From a bacterium (lineage in GTDB: Bacteria; Babelota; Babeliae; Babelales; JAUWHS01): a stretch of 54,488 nt of DNA. The stretch spans positions 1 to 54,488 of the forward strand of contig JBDRFY010000080.1 in the NCBI GenBank assembly GCA_043818275.1, written 5' to 3'. Below, piece by piece: positions 30,109-39,983 of this stretch. The notes under the pieces are model-generated. The model did no database searches, was not told the DNA's origin, and saw only the letters and a list, made by a program, of their open reading frames with translations. Position 1 is the first letter of the stretch. Each line of letters opens with the position of its first letter. A program made the translations under genes and the position numbers.

Positions 30109-30423
30109 TTATTTTTCTAATTTTAAATTTTCTATTTCTTCTTTTAACCTCAATCGCTCTTCTTCCAAAACTCTTAACCTATTTTCTAACTCAACTTCTC
30201 TTCTAATTCGAGCTTCCATATCTGATTGACTTTCTCCTCTTGCCTGAGGCTCTTGAACAACAACAACTTTATCTCTGGGCTGCATAGCAGCAGACATCAA
30301 ACCGCCAGCAAGCATACCTCCAGCCAATCCGCCGGCAAAACTGGATCCTCCATGTCTTGCAAAAATCAAATTTGGTGAAGCAAAAGACATGAAAAGAAGT
30401 GTTAATAATATTTTTTTAAGCAT
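30109..30423 (-). CDS. Small exported glycine-zipper and coiled-coil protein
   Basis: Signal peptide (IFA|RH), GGLAGGMLAGG zipper, AAGGA RBS. Confidence 0.75.
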   Translation of the reverse strand: MLKKILLTLLFMSFASPNLIFARHGGSSFAGGLAGGMLAGGLMSAAMQPRDKVVVVQEPQARGESQSDMEARIRREVELENRLRVLEEERLRLKEEIENLKLEK

Positions 30424-30447
30424 TTTCTATCCTTTTTACTTTTCAAA

Positions 30448-30819
30448 TTATCTTCTTTTCCTAAAAAGAAAAATAGCTAAAACCCCGATTATCAGTAATA
30501 AAAAAATCAATGAAAAAAACATAATCATTCTTGTAGATTCACTTTGACTGGAAAAAGCAATTTCCTGGCGAAGTTGTTGTTCATGCCTTAAAGCCGCAGC
30601 CTGATCCTGAGCTCTTAAAGCCTCAGTTTCAGCACGACTGGAAGAACTATCAGAACTTTTACTTGTCGCAGCGCTTCCAACCAAACTTCCAACCATACTT
30701 CCCGCAAGCGCTCCACCAAAAGCAGCTCCGCCGCCGCCATGACCATGATGTCCACGCCTTGCAAAAACTGGACTACTTACAAAAAGAAGTATTAAAAAAA
30801 CACCTAAAATCTTTTTCAT
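30448..30819 (-). CDS. Small exported glycine-zipper protein with C-terminal TM anchor
   Basis: Signal peptide (VFA|RR), GGALAGSMVGSLVG zipper, C-terminal TM followed by RKRR, GGAGG RBS. Confidence 0.75.
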   Translation of the reverse strand: MKKILGVFLILLFVSSPVFARRGHHGHGGGGAAFGGALAGSMVGSLVGSAATSKSSDSSSSRAETEALRAQDQAAALRHEQQLRQEIAFSSQSESTRMIMFFSLIFLLLIIGVLAIFLFRKRR

Positions 30820-31002
30820 CTTTCTTCCTCCCCTAAATTTAACTTAAATATTTTTATTGCACTGTCAGTTGCAAAATATTATTCTTCACCTTTTAGATTA
30901 GAAGAAAACATTACACATTGTAAATAATTTAATACAATAAAAAGCTTAAAGTTTTTCACATAGACATAAAAACAGTAAAAAAACATAAAAAGGAGCAAAA
31001 AA

Positions 31003-32244
31003 ATGGGTTCCAAGATATTTGAATTAATTAAAAAAGAAAAAGAAAGAGAAGAAAAAACAATAAACCTTATCGCTTCAGAAAATTATGCCCCTAAACCGGT
31101 TCTTGAAGCAACAGGTTCGGTGTTAACCAACAAATATGCCGAAGGTTATCCAAATAAACGATATTATGGTGGTTGCGCTGTTGTTGATGAAGTAGAAGAT
31201 TACGCCCGTGAAACAGGCAAAAAACTATTTGAGGCAGATCATATAAATGTACAACCCCATTCAGGTTCAAATGCAAATTTAGCAGTTTATTTAAGCAGCC
31301 TTGAAACAGGAGATACTGTTTTGGGGATGTCCTTGGCATCTGGAGGACATTTGACACACGGCCATAAAATCAATTTTTCCGGTAAAATCTTTAATTTTAT
31401 TCCCTACGGAGTCAGTCCAGAAAATGAAGAACTGGATTATAATGAAATAGAAATTTTGGCAAATCAGCATAAACCAAAAATGATCGTTGCCGGTGCATCC
31501 GCTTATTCCCGATTTATAAACTTTGAAAAATTAAACCAAATAGCGAAAAACAATAAAGCGTTACTTTTAATTGACATGGCTCACATCGCTGGCCTTGTTG
31601 CGGCCAAAATACACCCTTCCCCTATTCCTTTTGCAGATTTTGTAAGCAGCACAACTCATAAAACTTTACGCGGACCACGCGGCGGTTTAATTTGCTGTAA
31701 AGCTGAACACGCTCAAAATTTAGACAAAGCCGTAATGCCCGGAACACAAGGTGGACCGTTAATGCATGTTATTGCCGCAAAAGCTGTTGCTTTTGAACTA
31801 GGTCTTTTACCTGAATTTAAAACATATCAGGAACAGGTTGTAAAAAACGCGAAAGCGATGGCAAAAGAATTTATAAAACTTGATTACAGAATAGTTTCAG
31901 GCGGCACTGATAATCATTTATTTTTAGTCGATTTAAAAAGCAAATTTAAAGATACAGCCACAGAAACAATAACAGGAAAAATTGTTGAGCAAACATTAGA
32001 AAAATGCAACATCAATTTAAACAGAAACTTAATTCCTTTTGATAAAGAATCTCCATTAAAAACCAGCGGGATAAGAATCGGAACACCTGCGGTTACAACT
32101 CGCGGATTTAAAGAAGATGATGTTATAAAAGTTGTTCATTTTATCGATGAAGCAATTCATAGAAAAGATGATGAAACATTTTTGAATAATTTAAAAACTG
32201 AAGTAGAATCTATGTGTAAAAAATTTCCAATTTATTCAGAATGA
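31003..32244 (+). CDS. glyA: Serine hydroxymethyltransferase
   Basis: 'LIASEN', '[13 protein letters not shown]', '[12 protein letters not shown]'. Confidence 0.98.
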   Translation: MGSKIFELIKKEKEREEKTINLIASENYAPKPVLEATGSVLTNKYAEGYPNKRYYGGCAVVDEVEDYARETGKKLFEADHINVQPHSGSNANLAVYLSSLETGDTVLGMSLASGGHLTHGHKINFSGKIFNFIPYGVSPENEELDYNEIEILANQHKPKMIVAGASAYSRFINFEKLNQIAKNNKALLLIDMAHIAGLVAAKIHPSPIPFADFVSSTTHKTLRGPRGGLICCKAEHAQNLDKAVMPGTQGGPLMHVIAAKAVAFELGLLPEFKTYQEQVVKNAKAMAKEFIKLDYRIVSGGTDNHLFLVDLKSKFKDTATETITGKIVEQTLEKCNINLNRNLIPFDKESPLKTSGIRIGTPAVTTRGFKEDDVIKVVHFIDEAIHRKDDETFLNNLKTEVESMCKKFPIYSE

Positions 32245-32301
32245 TTAACTTTACTTATTTAGAAATAATTTTTATTGTAATCAAATGATGTTTTAAATAA
32301 A

Positions 32302-32581
32302 TATAAATAGAGATCAAGTTGCTACCTTTGAAATTTATCATAAATAAACCCTGATAAGGGTTTTAGATAATAGCCTCGGGTTTTAACCCGTGGTATTGAT
32401 AAAAAATATATTGCCACCCCATTTTTTGGCGGTGGCAGAAATTAAAAAAATTCTATCACCACCATAAAATGGGGTGAATTTATATGTTTAATTATAACCA
32501 CGGGTTAAAACCCGAGGCTATTAACTGTAGCCCCTTTGGGGCAAAAATTTATAGGTAGCAACTTGGGTATAAATAGAGATC
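32302..32581. mobile_element. MITE/REPIN-like nested palindrome flanked by a 14-bp direct repeat
   Basis: Inverted repeats at 32315-32327/32553-32565, 32368-32394/32497-32523 (27 bp perfect) and 32415-32440/32451-32476; TATAAATAGAGATC at 32302-32315 and 32568-32581. Confidence 0.75.
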
Positions 32582-32602
32582 CTGAACTTGATTCAGGATC
32601 TC
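32576..32602. repeat. 27-nt palindrome GAGATCCTGAA-CTTGA-TTCAGGATCTC
   Basis: Perfect 11-bp stem just upstream of msbA. Confidence 0.75.
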
Positions 32603-32633
32603 AAAATTAAATAAATTTTTCAGATTAAAGCCC

Positions 32634-34325
32634 ATGACAACATTTCAAAAAATACTCACCTACACAAAAAAATACTGGAAACGACTTTCATTATCCATCG
32701 CAACAGCAACATTGTACGGACTTTTTTCTGCAGCGCCAACTTATGTTATAAGAGACGCGGTAGATAAAATTTTTGGTAATAAATCAACCAATTTAATAAT
32801 TCCATTTATTCTTCTTTTTATTCTTCTTTTCACCTTAAAAGGTGTTTTCATGTACATGTCCCACTATTTCATGAATTGGGTTGGAAACAAGGTTGTAAAT
32901 GATATTCGTGATGATTTATTTAAAAAAATAATTCATTTTCCCATGTCTTTTTTTAAAGAAGAAAAAACAACAGGTGAGCTCATGTCTCATTTTTTAAATG
33001 ATATTCAAATGATTCAGCAAGCAAGTTCAAGCGCTATTAAGAATGGCGCGCGAAGTTTTTTTGAAGCAATATTTTTAATAGGTGTAGCTTTTACACAAAA
33101 TTTTAAACTTGCTTTTTTAATGATGCTGATCGGTCCACTTATTGGAATTACAATAAAAAAAGTTGGACGAGCTGTAAAAAAAGCATCAACAAACATTCAA
33201 AATAAAATGGGTAGTGTAAGTTCCGCTTTTCAGGAAACATTTGTGGGAATTAAAGAAATTAAAGCATTTAACGCTGAAAAAACAGAAAGTAAAAGAATCG
33301 CAAATTTATTAACCGAATATTTTGTCTCCACAATGAAAAATGTAAAAATCGAAGCGCTTGCTCCAGCATTTGTCGAGTCCATAGCGATGTTTGGCAGCAG
33401 TTTTGTTTTCTATATCGCTGCAATTCAAATCATGAATGGAACAATAACACCTGGACAATTAACCTCTTTTTTCGCTGCCCTTTTATTAAGTTATCAACCA
33501 TTAAAAAGATTAATTAGCGTTTACACAGAAATCCAATATGGCCTTGCGGCGGGAGACAGAATTTTCATTTTAATGGAAAAGGTTTATCCCGCGACTCAAA
33601 ATAGAAATTTAATTTTAAATGAATTTAATAATTCAATTGAAATTAAAAACCTTTCATTTCGATATAACGACAAAACTCAGGTGTTGCAAAACTTAAATTT
33701 ACAAATAAAAAAAGGGGAAACAGTTGGATTAATCGGATCATCTGGAAGTGGGAAAAGCACCTTTTGCGATTTAATTCTGGCATTTTTAAATCCAACAAAT
33801 GGTCAAATAATAATTGACGGAAAAGATATAACAAATATCACCTATGAAAGCCTGAGAAATCAGATTGGATATGTTGGCCAACACACATTTCTTTTTAATG
33901 ACACAATAAACGCAAACGTTTCATATTCAAAACAAAACGCGACTCAACAAGAAATTATAAACGCCTGCAAAGCCGCGCACGCGCATGAATTCATTGAACA
34001 ATTACCAAACGGTTACGAAACAATTGTTGGCGAAAACGGAACACTGCTTTCCGGTGGACAAAAACAACGATTAACAATTGCCAGAGCATTATTAAAAAAC
34101 CCTGAAATTTTAATTTTTGACGAAGCAACCTCTTCGTTAGACCAAAAATCAGAAAATATGATTAAACTTGCTCTTGATGAAATATGCAAACATAAAACGG
34201 TAATTATCATTTCACATCGGCTTTATTTCATAGAAAAAATGAACAGAATTTTAAAAATTCAGAATAAAAATATTATTGAAATAACAAAACAGGATTTGGC
34301 AAAACAAATTGAACAACAAATCTAA
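32634..34325 (+). CDS. msbA: MsbA-like ABC exporter (fused TMD and NBD)
   Basis: TM domain plus GSSGSGKST, LSGGQKQR, 'DEATSSLD'; near kdsA and the glycan locus. Confidence 0.8.
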   Translation: MTTFQKILTYTKKYWKRLSLSIATATLYGLFSAAPTYVIRDAVDKIFGNKSTNLIIPFILLFILLFTLKGVFMYMSHYFMNWVGNKVVNDIRDDLFKKIIHFPMSFFKEEKTTGELMSHFLNDIQMIQQASSSAIKNGARSFFEAIFLIGVAFTQNFKLAFLMMLIGPLIGITIKKVGRAVKKASTNIQNKMGSVSSAFQETFVGIKEIKAFNAEKTESKRIANLLTEYFVSTMKNVKIEALAPAFVESIAMFGSSFVFYIAAIQIMNGTITPGQLTSFFAALLLSYQPLKRLISVYTEIQYGLAAGDRIFILMEKVYPATQNRNLILNEFNNSIEIKNLSFRYNDKTQVLQNLNLQIKKGETVGLIGSSGSGKSTFCDLILAFLNPTNGQIIIDGKDITNITYESLRNQIGYVGQHTFLFNDTINANVSYSKQNATQQEIINACKAAHAHEFIEQLPNGYETIVGENGTLLSGGQKQRLTIARALLKNPEILIFDEATSSLDQKSENMIKLALDEICKHKTVIIISHRLYFIEKMNRILKIQNKNIIEITKQDLAKQIEQQI

Positions 34326-34441
34326 AACTAAAATATATTAATTAAAAAATTTTTATCATAAAAACAAATTGATTTTAATTTAAAAAGTGATAAAAAATAA
34401 ATCGTTAAACAATATAAACCTTTAAATATTCAAGGCTAAAA

Positions 34442-35449
34442 ATGACAACTAAAGCGCCGCTTAAGGTATCGTCAAAAAGCACCAAAAACGAAATTTTAGA
34501 AGCATACAACGAAGCTCTTTCACAATTAAGCGAACCAAAAGAAATTGACCCTGTTGAGATAAATAAAATGGAAAAACAAAAAAATATTGTTCTGGAAGCA
34601 TCTAAAAATTCACCTGAAACAATCGTCTCATATCTCGCGAGATTAAAAATTTCTCTAATAAAACAAATAGATATTTTAAGCGAAAATTTAACAACAGAAT
34701 TTAAAAAGCTTGAAGATATAAAACAAGCGATAGACATTGAGAAAAACCATCTGGATGAACTATACAAAATTAAAGAAACCGCGCAATCTTTGTCGGCTTT
34801 AATACTGGCGCGCAAAGAAAAACAAGAAAAGTTTGACCAGGAAGTAAATGATTCAAAAAAATCATGGGAAAAAGAACAAGAAAATATAATACAGGAATAT
34901 AAAGAACAAAAAGAATCTCTCGATAAAAAACAAAAACGTGAAAAAGAAGAATATGAATACAATTTAGAATTATCCCGGCGCAAAGAGGAAAATGAATATC
35001 AGGAAAAAAGAAAACTGATTGAAAAAGAATTGGAAGAAAAAAAATCAAAACTGGATGAAAAAGAAAAAGAATTAAAATCCAGAGAAGAAGAAACAATAAG
35101 ATTAAAAACAAAAGTTGACGAATTTCCTCAAGAACTTGAAAAAACTATTTCGAAAGCAAAAAAAGAAGTAACAGAAGAATTAACAAACAAATATAAATTT
35201 GAAATGGAATTAAAAGAGAAAGAAATAACCGGAGATAAAAAGCTTTACAGCCAGATAATTAAATCATTTGAGGAAAAAATAAAAGAACAAGAGAAACTCA
35301 TAGATCAATTAACTCAAAAAGCGGATACTGCATCTAATCAAGTTCAAACAATGGCATGCAAAGCACTTGAAACATCTTCTCAAAGGCTTGTCAATACCTA
35401 TTCAGCCAGTCAATCTTACGAAAATAAAAACAAAGAATCACAAAAATAA
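34442..35449 (+). CDS. Long coiled-coil protein of unknown function
   Basis: 335 aa, Glu/Lys-rich heptads, 'KSTKNEILEAY', 'REKEEYEY'. Confidence 0.8.
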   Translation: MTTKAPLKVSSKSTKNEILEAYNEALSQLSEPKEIDPVEINKMEKQKNIVLEASKNSPETIVSYLARLKISLIKQIDILSENLTTEFKKLEDIKQAIDIEKNHLDELYKIKETAQSLSALILARKEKQEKFDQEVNDSKKSWEKEQENIIQEYKEQKESLDKKQKREKEEYEYNLELSRRKEENEYQEKRKLIEKELEEKKSKLDEKEKELKSREEETIRLKTKVDEFPQELEKTISKAKKEVTEELTNKYKFEMELKEKEITGDKKLYSQIIKSFEEKIKEQEKLIDQLTQKADTASNQVQTMACKALETSSQRLVNTYSASQSYENKNKESQK

Positions 35450-35457
35450 ATCAATAA

Positions 35458-35484
35458 AGGACCTGAATAAAACATTCAGGTCCT
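35458..35484. terminator. Hairpin between convergent genes
   Basis: AGGACCTGAAT-AAAAC-ATTCAGGTCCT, overlapping the GT2 stop codon. Confidence 0.65.
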
Positions 35485-36354
35485 CATAAAAAAATGCTTC
35501 ACAAATTTTTTACTTTCCTGAACAAATTTAAAACCAATTACATCCAAATGCATAAACTGCACGTATTTATATTTTGTGGCAGTTTTGGTTTTATCATAAA
35601 ACTCTTTTTCAATAATTTTCCCACCTAAATTATGCTCATCGGTCCAAAAAATGCCTTCCCATTTTTTTAAAAAAGCTGGACCATCAACTGAAGACAAACT
35701 TTCATTTGTTTTACGAACTTTTAAATTCGCGTGTTGATAATGTTCAATATAAGAATTCTCTGAAGCAACACATTTATATCCCGCGTGCGCAAACTTTAAA
35801 CCTAAATCACAATCTCCGTTATAAAATTGAAAATTTTCTTCATCGATGAAACCAATTTCTTGCAACGCTTTATTTAAAAACAAACCATGATTTACATACA
35901 AAGTATTTCCTAAAGTTGTCATGACAAAATATTTTTTGTGCATTGGCCAGTTACGCCAATAAAAAGCAACCAAACCAATTTTTTCACCATTTGCTAATTT
36001 TTCATCAAATAATTTTATTCCATTTTTAATTGCATTTGGCACAACCAGACAATCATCGCTAATCATGCAAATATATTTTCCCTGCCCACTTTTAAACCCC
36101 AAATTCATAAAATATCCCCACGATCTGCGCTCAATTTTTTTACCACCCCATTCGCCTCGATTATGCTGCACAATTGTTAAAACATCTTTTTGTTTTAACA
36201 ACCAAGGTAAAGTTTTATCAGTTGATCCACCATCAACAACAATAATTTCATGTTTAATATCTTTTAATTCTTGACGAATGCTATCAATTGTTAATTTTAA
36301 AAAATTAATTCTGTTGTATGTTCCCAAAACAACTGAAACTATTGGATTTTTCAT
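35476..36354 (-). CDS. Glycosyltransferase family 2
   Basis: 'VSVVLGTYNR', 'VVDGGSTD', 'SDD'. Confidence 0.92.
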   Translation of the reverse strand: MKNPIVSVVLGTYNRINFLKLTIDSIRQELKDIKHEIIVVDGGSTDKTLPWLLKQKDVLTIVQHNRGEWGGKKIERRSWGYFMNLGFKSGQGKYICMISDDCLVVPNAIKNGIKLFDEKLANGEKIGLVAFYWRNWPMHKKYFVMTTLGNTLYVNHGLFLNKALQEIGFIDEENFQFYNGDCDLGLKFAHAGYKCVASENSYIEHYQHANLKVRKTNESLSSVDGPAFLKKWEGIFWTDEHNLGGKIIEKEFYDKTKTATKYKYVQFMHLDVIGFKFVQESKKFVKHFFMRT

Positions 36355-37172
36355 ATTTGATCACTCTTTTTTTCAAACCGAACCAAAACATTAAATTCTG
36401 TTCCAAAAAAATTCTTCTCTTTTTTCATTACTAATTTATCAAGATTATCAAGAATACCAGCTATCACAGGTAAAAAATATTTTTGATATGCCGAACGAAA
36501 TTCATAACCCAAATTATCCCGTTTCACATATCTTTTAATTGGATAATTTATCCAGCGAATTAAAGGCTTAAAATTATTCCAAATCAAATTATGAATCTTA
36601 TGAGGGAAAAGAAGATTAGTAATTTTTAATTCCGAAGCTACATTTTTTTCTAAGTCCAAAAACCGTTTTTTATTATAACTGCGATAATGTCCTAATTTCT
36701 CCCATTCACTTTTCAAAGCTGTTCCATCAATTCTGCCTGGTACGAAAAAAATCGCTTCTCCTCCGAGCTTTAAAATTCTTAAACATTCTTTAATAACAGC
36801 TTCATCATCTTTTATATGTTCCAAGGTATGAGAAGAAACAATCACATCAAACAAATTCGAATCAAACGGTAATTTTTCGGCATTTGCGATTTTAAACTCA
36901 GCTTTAAAATTTAATTTTTTAGCCAACTCAATGTTCTGATCTACAGACTTTTTCGAAATATCCACACCAAAACAGTTAAATTGTGGCAAATCAAAAAAAA
37001 CCGGATACAAACCTGTTCCAATTTCCAATAAATTACCAACTTTGTTTTTTATTAGACTTTTAATCGCCCCCCGTGTACAAAAGGCCCCAACATCATACTT
37101 GTACAATAAATAATTTTCTCCTTCAAAATATTTATTATAAAAACTTTCTGATTTATCTGAATTTATATTCAT
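36351..37172 (-). CDS. Class I SAM-dependent methyltransferase
   Basis: 'LLEIGTG', 'AEKLPF.SN.FDVI.SSHTLEHI'. ATG at 37172, just after the upstream stop, preferred over 37214. Confidence 0.88.
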   Translation of the reverse strand: MNINSDKSESFYNKYFEGENYLLYKYDVGAFCTRGAIKSLIKNKVGNLLEIGTGLYPVFFDLPQFNCFGVDISKKSVDQNIELAKKLNFKAEFKIANAEKLPFDSNLFDVIVSSHTLEHIKDDEAVIKECLRILKLGGEAIFFVPGRIDGTALKSEWEKLGHYRSYNKKRFLDLEKNVASELKITNLLFPHKIHNLIWNNFKPLIRWINYPIKRYVKRDNLGYEFRSAYQKYFLPVIAGILDNLDKLVMKKEKNFFGTEFNVLVRFEKKSDQI

Positions 37173-37177
37173 AAAAA

Positions 37178-37873
37178 TTATTTCCCTGTAAAAATAAATT
37201 TTATTATAGACCAATAAATTTTAATTGAATCCTTAATTGGATTAAAATGTGAAGCCGTGTTTCCATGAAGATAAATAGTTGATATTGGCTCCTGTTCTAT
37301 TTTTATTCCCAATTTTTTAGCATTAAGCAAAACATTAATCTCATATTCGTAGCCTTCACCTCTTATTTTCACCAATTTAGATAAATATTGAATTGGTATT
37401 CCACGCAATCCTGTTTGAGTATCCTGTAACCACTGTCCGGTAATTAAATAAAAAAAATATTTTGTCACAAAATTGCCTAATTTACTTCTAAAAGGAACTT
37501 CTTTATCAAATTTCCTAACACCTAAAATCAATTCCTCTCTTTTTTCTTTTAATCTTTTTACTACTTTTAAAATATCTAAAAATGTATGTTGTCCATCATC
37601 ATCCGCCGTTACAACTCCAAAAACATCCACAACATTATTTAAACAATAATTAAATCCTGTTTTTAATGCACGGCCTTTACCTAAATTTCTGTCATGATGC
37701 AAAACAATAATATTTAAATTTTTTAACTGATCAAAAACATTTTGATACTCAACTCCACTACCATCATCAACAACAACAATTTTTAAATTCTTTTGAATTA
37801 AATTTTTAGTAAATGAAATTAAATTTTCACCTGGTTTATATGCCGGAATTATAACAATAACATCGTTATGCAT
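37178..37873 (-). CDS. GT2 polyprenol-phosphate glycosyltransferase-like (DPM1/GtrB-like)
   Basis: 'IIPAYKP', 'VVDDGS', 'NLGKGRALKTG', 'DDDGQH', 'DTQTGLRG'. Confidence 0.9.
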   Translation of the reverse strand: MHNDVIVIIPAYKPGENLISFTKNLIQKNLKIVVVDDGSGVEYQNVFDQLKNLNIIVLHHDRNLGKGRALKTGFNYCLNNVVDVFGVVTADDDGQHTFLDILKVVKRLKEKREELILGVRKFDKEVPFRSKLGNFVTKYFFYLITGQWLQDTQTGLRGIPIQYLSKLVKIRGEGYEYEINVLLNAKKLGIKIEQEPISTIYLHGNTASHFNPIKDSIKIYWSIIKFIFTGK

Positions 37874-39965
37874 TCTTTTTTCTCTCTAATTTCTCTACAA
37901 AAAAATAATCCGCGTCATTAAAAATTAATTTAAACTTATCCTTTTTAATTCTATGCAAAATATCATTTTTAATTTCATCAATTGAATCATTTGAAATTAA
38001 AAGATAACCAATCTGCGGATCATTTATTCCAATCTTGTAATCAATTAAAAAATCATCCCGCCTGTCAACGTTGCACCGAATCTCTCCTTTCTCAAGAGAA
38101 AACCGTCTCAAACAATGCGGAATATTTTTTAAAGGTTCAATTTTATCTAAAATATAAGTTGTTAATAATTTTTTATCCGGTGTTATTAAATTTTTATATT
38201 CAAGCAGCAACCTGTTTAATTTTTCGTTATCCTTTTTCAATTGAAAATCCTGTTGTTGCAAACGCAAATAATTCAAAGGATATTTAAAATTAATAAAAAT
38301 AATAAAGGCAATAACCGGCAAAGCTATAACTGAAATCTTCACATATTTAAAAAGCGCAAAAAACTTTAAAAAATAATCTTTTTTAAAATACAAAAATCGT
38401 TCAAATCCAATACCTAAACAAAGACCATAAATTGGAATTGCTACAGAATAATTTCGAAAATCATAACAAAGAAAAAAGCTCCAAATTAAAGAATATGGAA
38501 TTAAAAAAAATAAAAATAAATATCTCCAGTTTCTATCGAACAAAGAAGATAAAAGTAACGCTAAATAAAGCAATCCAGCCAAAACACCAACAATAAAATG
38601 AACAAGTTTATTATGAATAACATTAATGAAAAAAACATTGTAACTTAAAAAAGTTTTAATTGCGTATAATAATCTAGGTAATAAATGCTCTCTTTCATAC
38701 AAAGCAGCCTGCTCGACAACCGCATTAACCTCTGATCCCTGAAATTTATGCGCATATAAATAAAACGGCAAAACCAAAGCTAAAAAGCTGACTAAATAAA
38801 AAACAATTAACGGCTGTAAATATTCCTTTGTAAAAATATCTTTACGCTTTTTAAAAATTAAAAAATAGAAAAGAATTGGATAGATTAAAAAAACATACAA
38901 ACCAGCCTGTTTAATCAAGCAAGAACCAAAAACAAAAATTATTCCGAAAAACAAGTATTGTTTTATATTCCCACCCCGTTCGTCCTGCGTGTCCATCGAA
39001 GCCTTGGCGAAGATTGAAGGAGCCCGGCAAAGTGCCGCCATGTGGCGGTGCGACGACGGGCGTCTCGAAGGATCATCAACAAAATCACCCGCCAACAACA
39101 AACAATAAATTGATAAAAATGACATAAAAGCAACTGGAACATCAACTAATCCACTAGTCATGCCCCAACCAATCGCGTTTTTTAAATAAAGAGTCGTAGT
39201 AATTACCCCTAAAAAATAGCCAATAGATTTTTTTCTCAATCCCAAATCAAACATTAAAAGCAAAAGAAACAAAGAAAAAAGAGGCATTATCGTTTTTGGA
39301 AAATATTGAATTGGTTCTCCAATAAATTTATAAAAAATTGACCAATTCGCAGGAATTAATTGTGGGTAATGAAGAGTTGAAACCGGAAAATAATTATTAA
39401 AAAAATCAAGAGCCCATTTGTTCCATGAAACAATTGAATCATGATCAGTAAAAACATTAAAACTTGTAAAATTAGAAACAAAAAGAACAAAAACCCAATA
39501 AATACAAATTAGAGAAGAAAAAAATGTTACAAAATTTAAAATCCAGGAATTTTTGCCTGATAAATTATAGGTCGAATCAAAAATAAAACTTGAAACCTGT
39601 TTTCTAACTTTTTTAAAATTTTTATTTAAAGCATCTAATAAATTTTGATTAAAAAATAAATATGTATTTTTACCTTGAAGATAAATAAAGAGTAAAATCT
39701 CCAAAAAAAACATAGAAAACATTACAGATCGTGTATAAAAAGAAAAAAGAGCCAACGCAGAAACAAACAAATAATTAATTATCAAACTAAGAGCGAAAGA
39801 GAATATTATAATTTGTAAAAAATTTAAATTATCAACCCTATTTTTGATCCCACTAAATTTTTTCGCAAAACCAGATGTATCAAGAACACGATTAAATATT
39901 TTTAAAAATAAGAATCCAGGTAAAAAAACAACCTGAATAAACGCTGCCAAGCCAAGCAGAATCAT
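37866..39965 (-). CDS. Multi-pass membrane protein, probable GT-C fold glycosyltransferase, with an in-frame repeat insertion
   Basis: Many TM helices, 'D....W', 'YPQL.P', 'IKQAG'; adjacent to a polyprenol-P GT2 (donor/acceptor pair logic). Confidence 0.7.
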   Translation of the reverse strand: MILLGLAAFIQVVFLPGFLFLKIFNRVLDTSGFAKKFSGIKNRVDNLNFLQIIIFSFALSLIINYLFVSALALFSFYTRSVMFSMFFLEILLFIYLQGKNTYLFFNQNLLDALNKNFKKVRKQVSSFIFDSTYNLSGKNSWILNFVTFFSSLICIYWVFVLFVSNFTSFNVFTDHDSIVSWNKWALDFFNNYFPVSTLHYPQLIPANWSIFYKFIGEPIQYFPKTIMPLFSLFLLLLMFDLGLRKKSIGYFLGVITTTLYLKNAIGWGMTSGLVDVPVAFMSFLSIYCLLLAGDFVDDPSRRPSSHRHMAALCRAPSIFAKASMDTQDERGGNIKQYLFFGIIFVFGSCLIKQAGLYVFLIYPILFYFLIFKKRKDIFTKEYLQPLIVFYLVSFLALVLPFYLYAHKFQGSEVNAVVEQAALYEREHLLPRLLYAIKTFLSYNVFFINVIHNKLVHFIVGVLAGLLYLALLLSSLFDRNWRYLFLFFLIPYSLIWSFFLCYDFRNYSVAIPIYGLCLGIGFERFLYFKKDYFLKFFALFKYVKISVIALPVIAFIIFINFKYPLNYLRLQQQDFQLKKDNEKLNRLLLEYKNLITPDKKLLTTYILDKIEPLKNIPHCLRRFSLEKGEIRCNVDRRDDFLIDYKIGINDPQIGYLLISNDSIDEIKNDILHRIKKDKFKLIFNDADYFFVEKLERKKNA
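38974..39072 (+). repeat. Nested repeat: family A-related host, 30-nt element B (38988-39017) and an inner GCCGCCATGTGGCGGT hairpin; in frame in the membrane gene
   Basis: CCGTTCGTCCTG|CGTGTCCATCGAAGCCTTGGCGAAGATTGA|AGGAGCCCGGC..CGGGCGTCTCGAAGGA. Confidence 0.85.
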
Positions 39966-39983
39966 CTCTCTCCTTTTTATGCG

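Noticed and set aside
26320..32602. Palindromic clusters as possible CRISPR arrays or integron attC sites
   Set aside because: No regularly spaced direct repeats with unique spacers, no cas or integrase gene, and no clear RYYYAAC..GTTRRRY boundaries.
34405..35111. Antisense ORFs of 192 aa and 113 aa over the coiled-coil gene
   Set aside because: Shadow ORFs caused by GAA/AAA-rich codons; Phe/Ser/Leu-rich with no RBS or motif.
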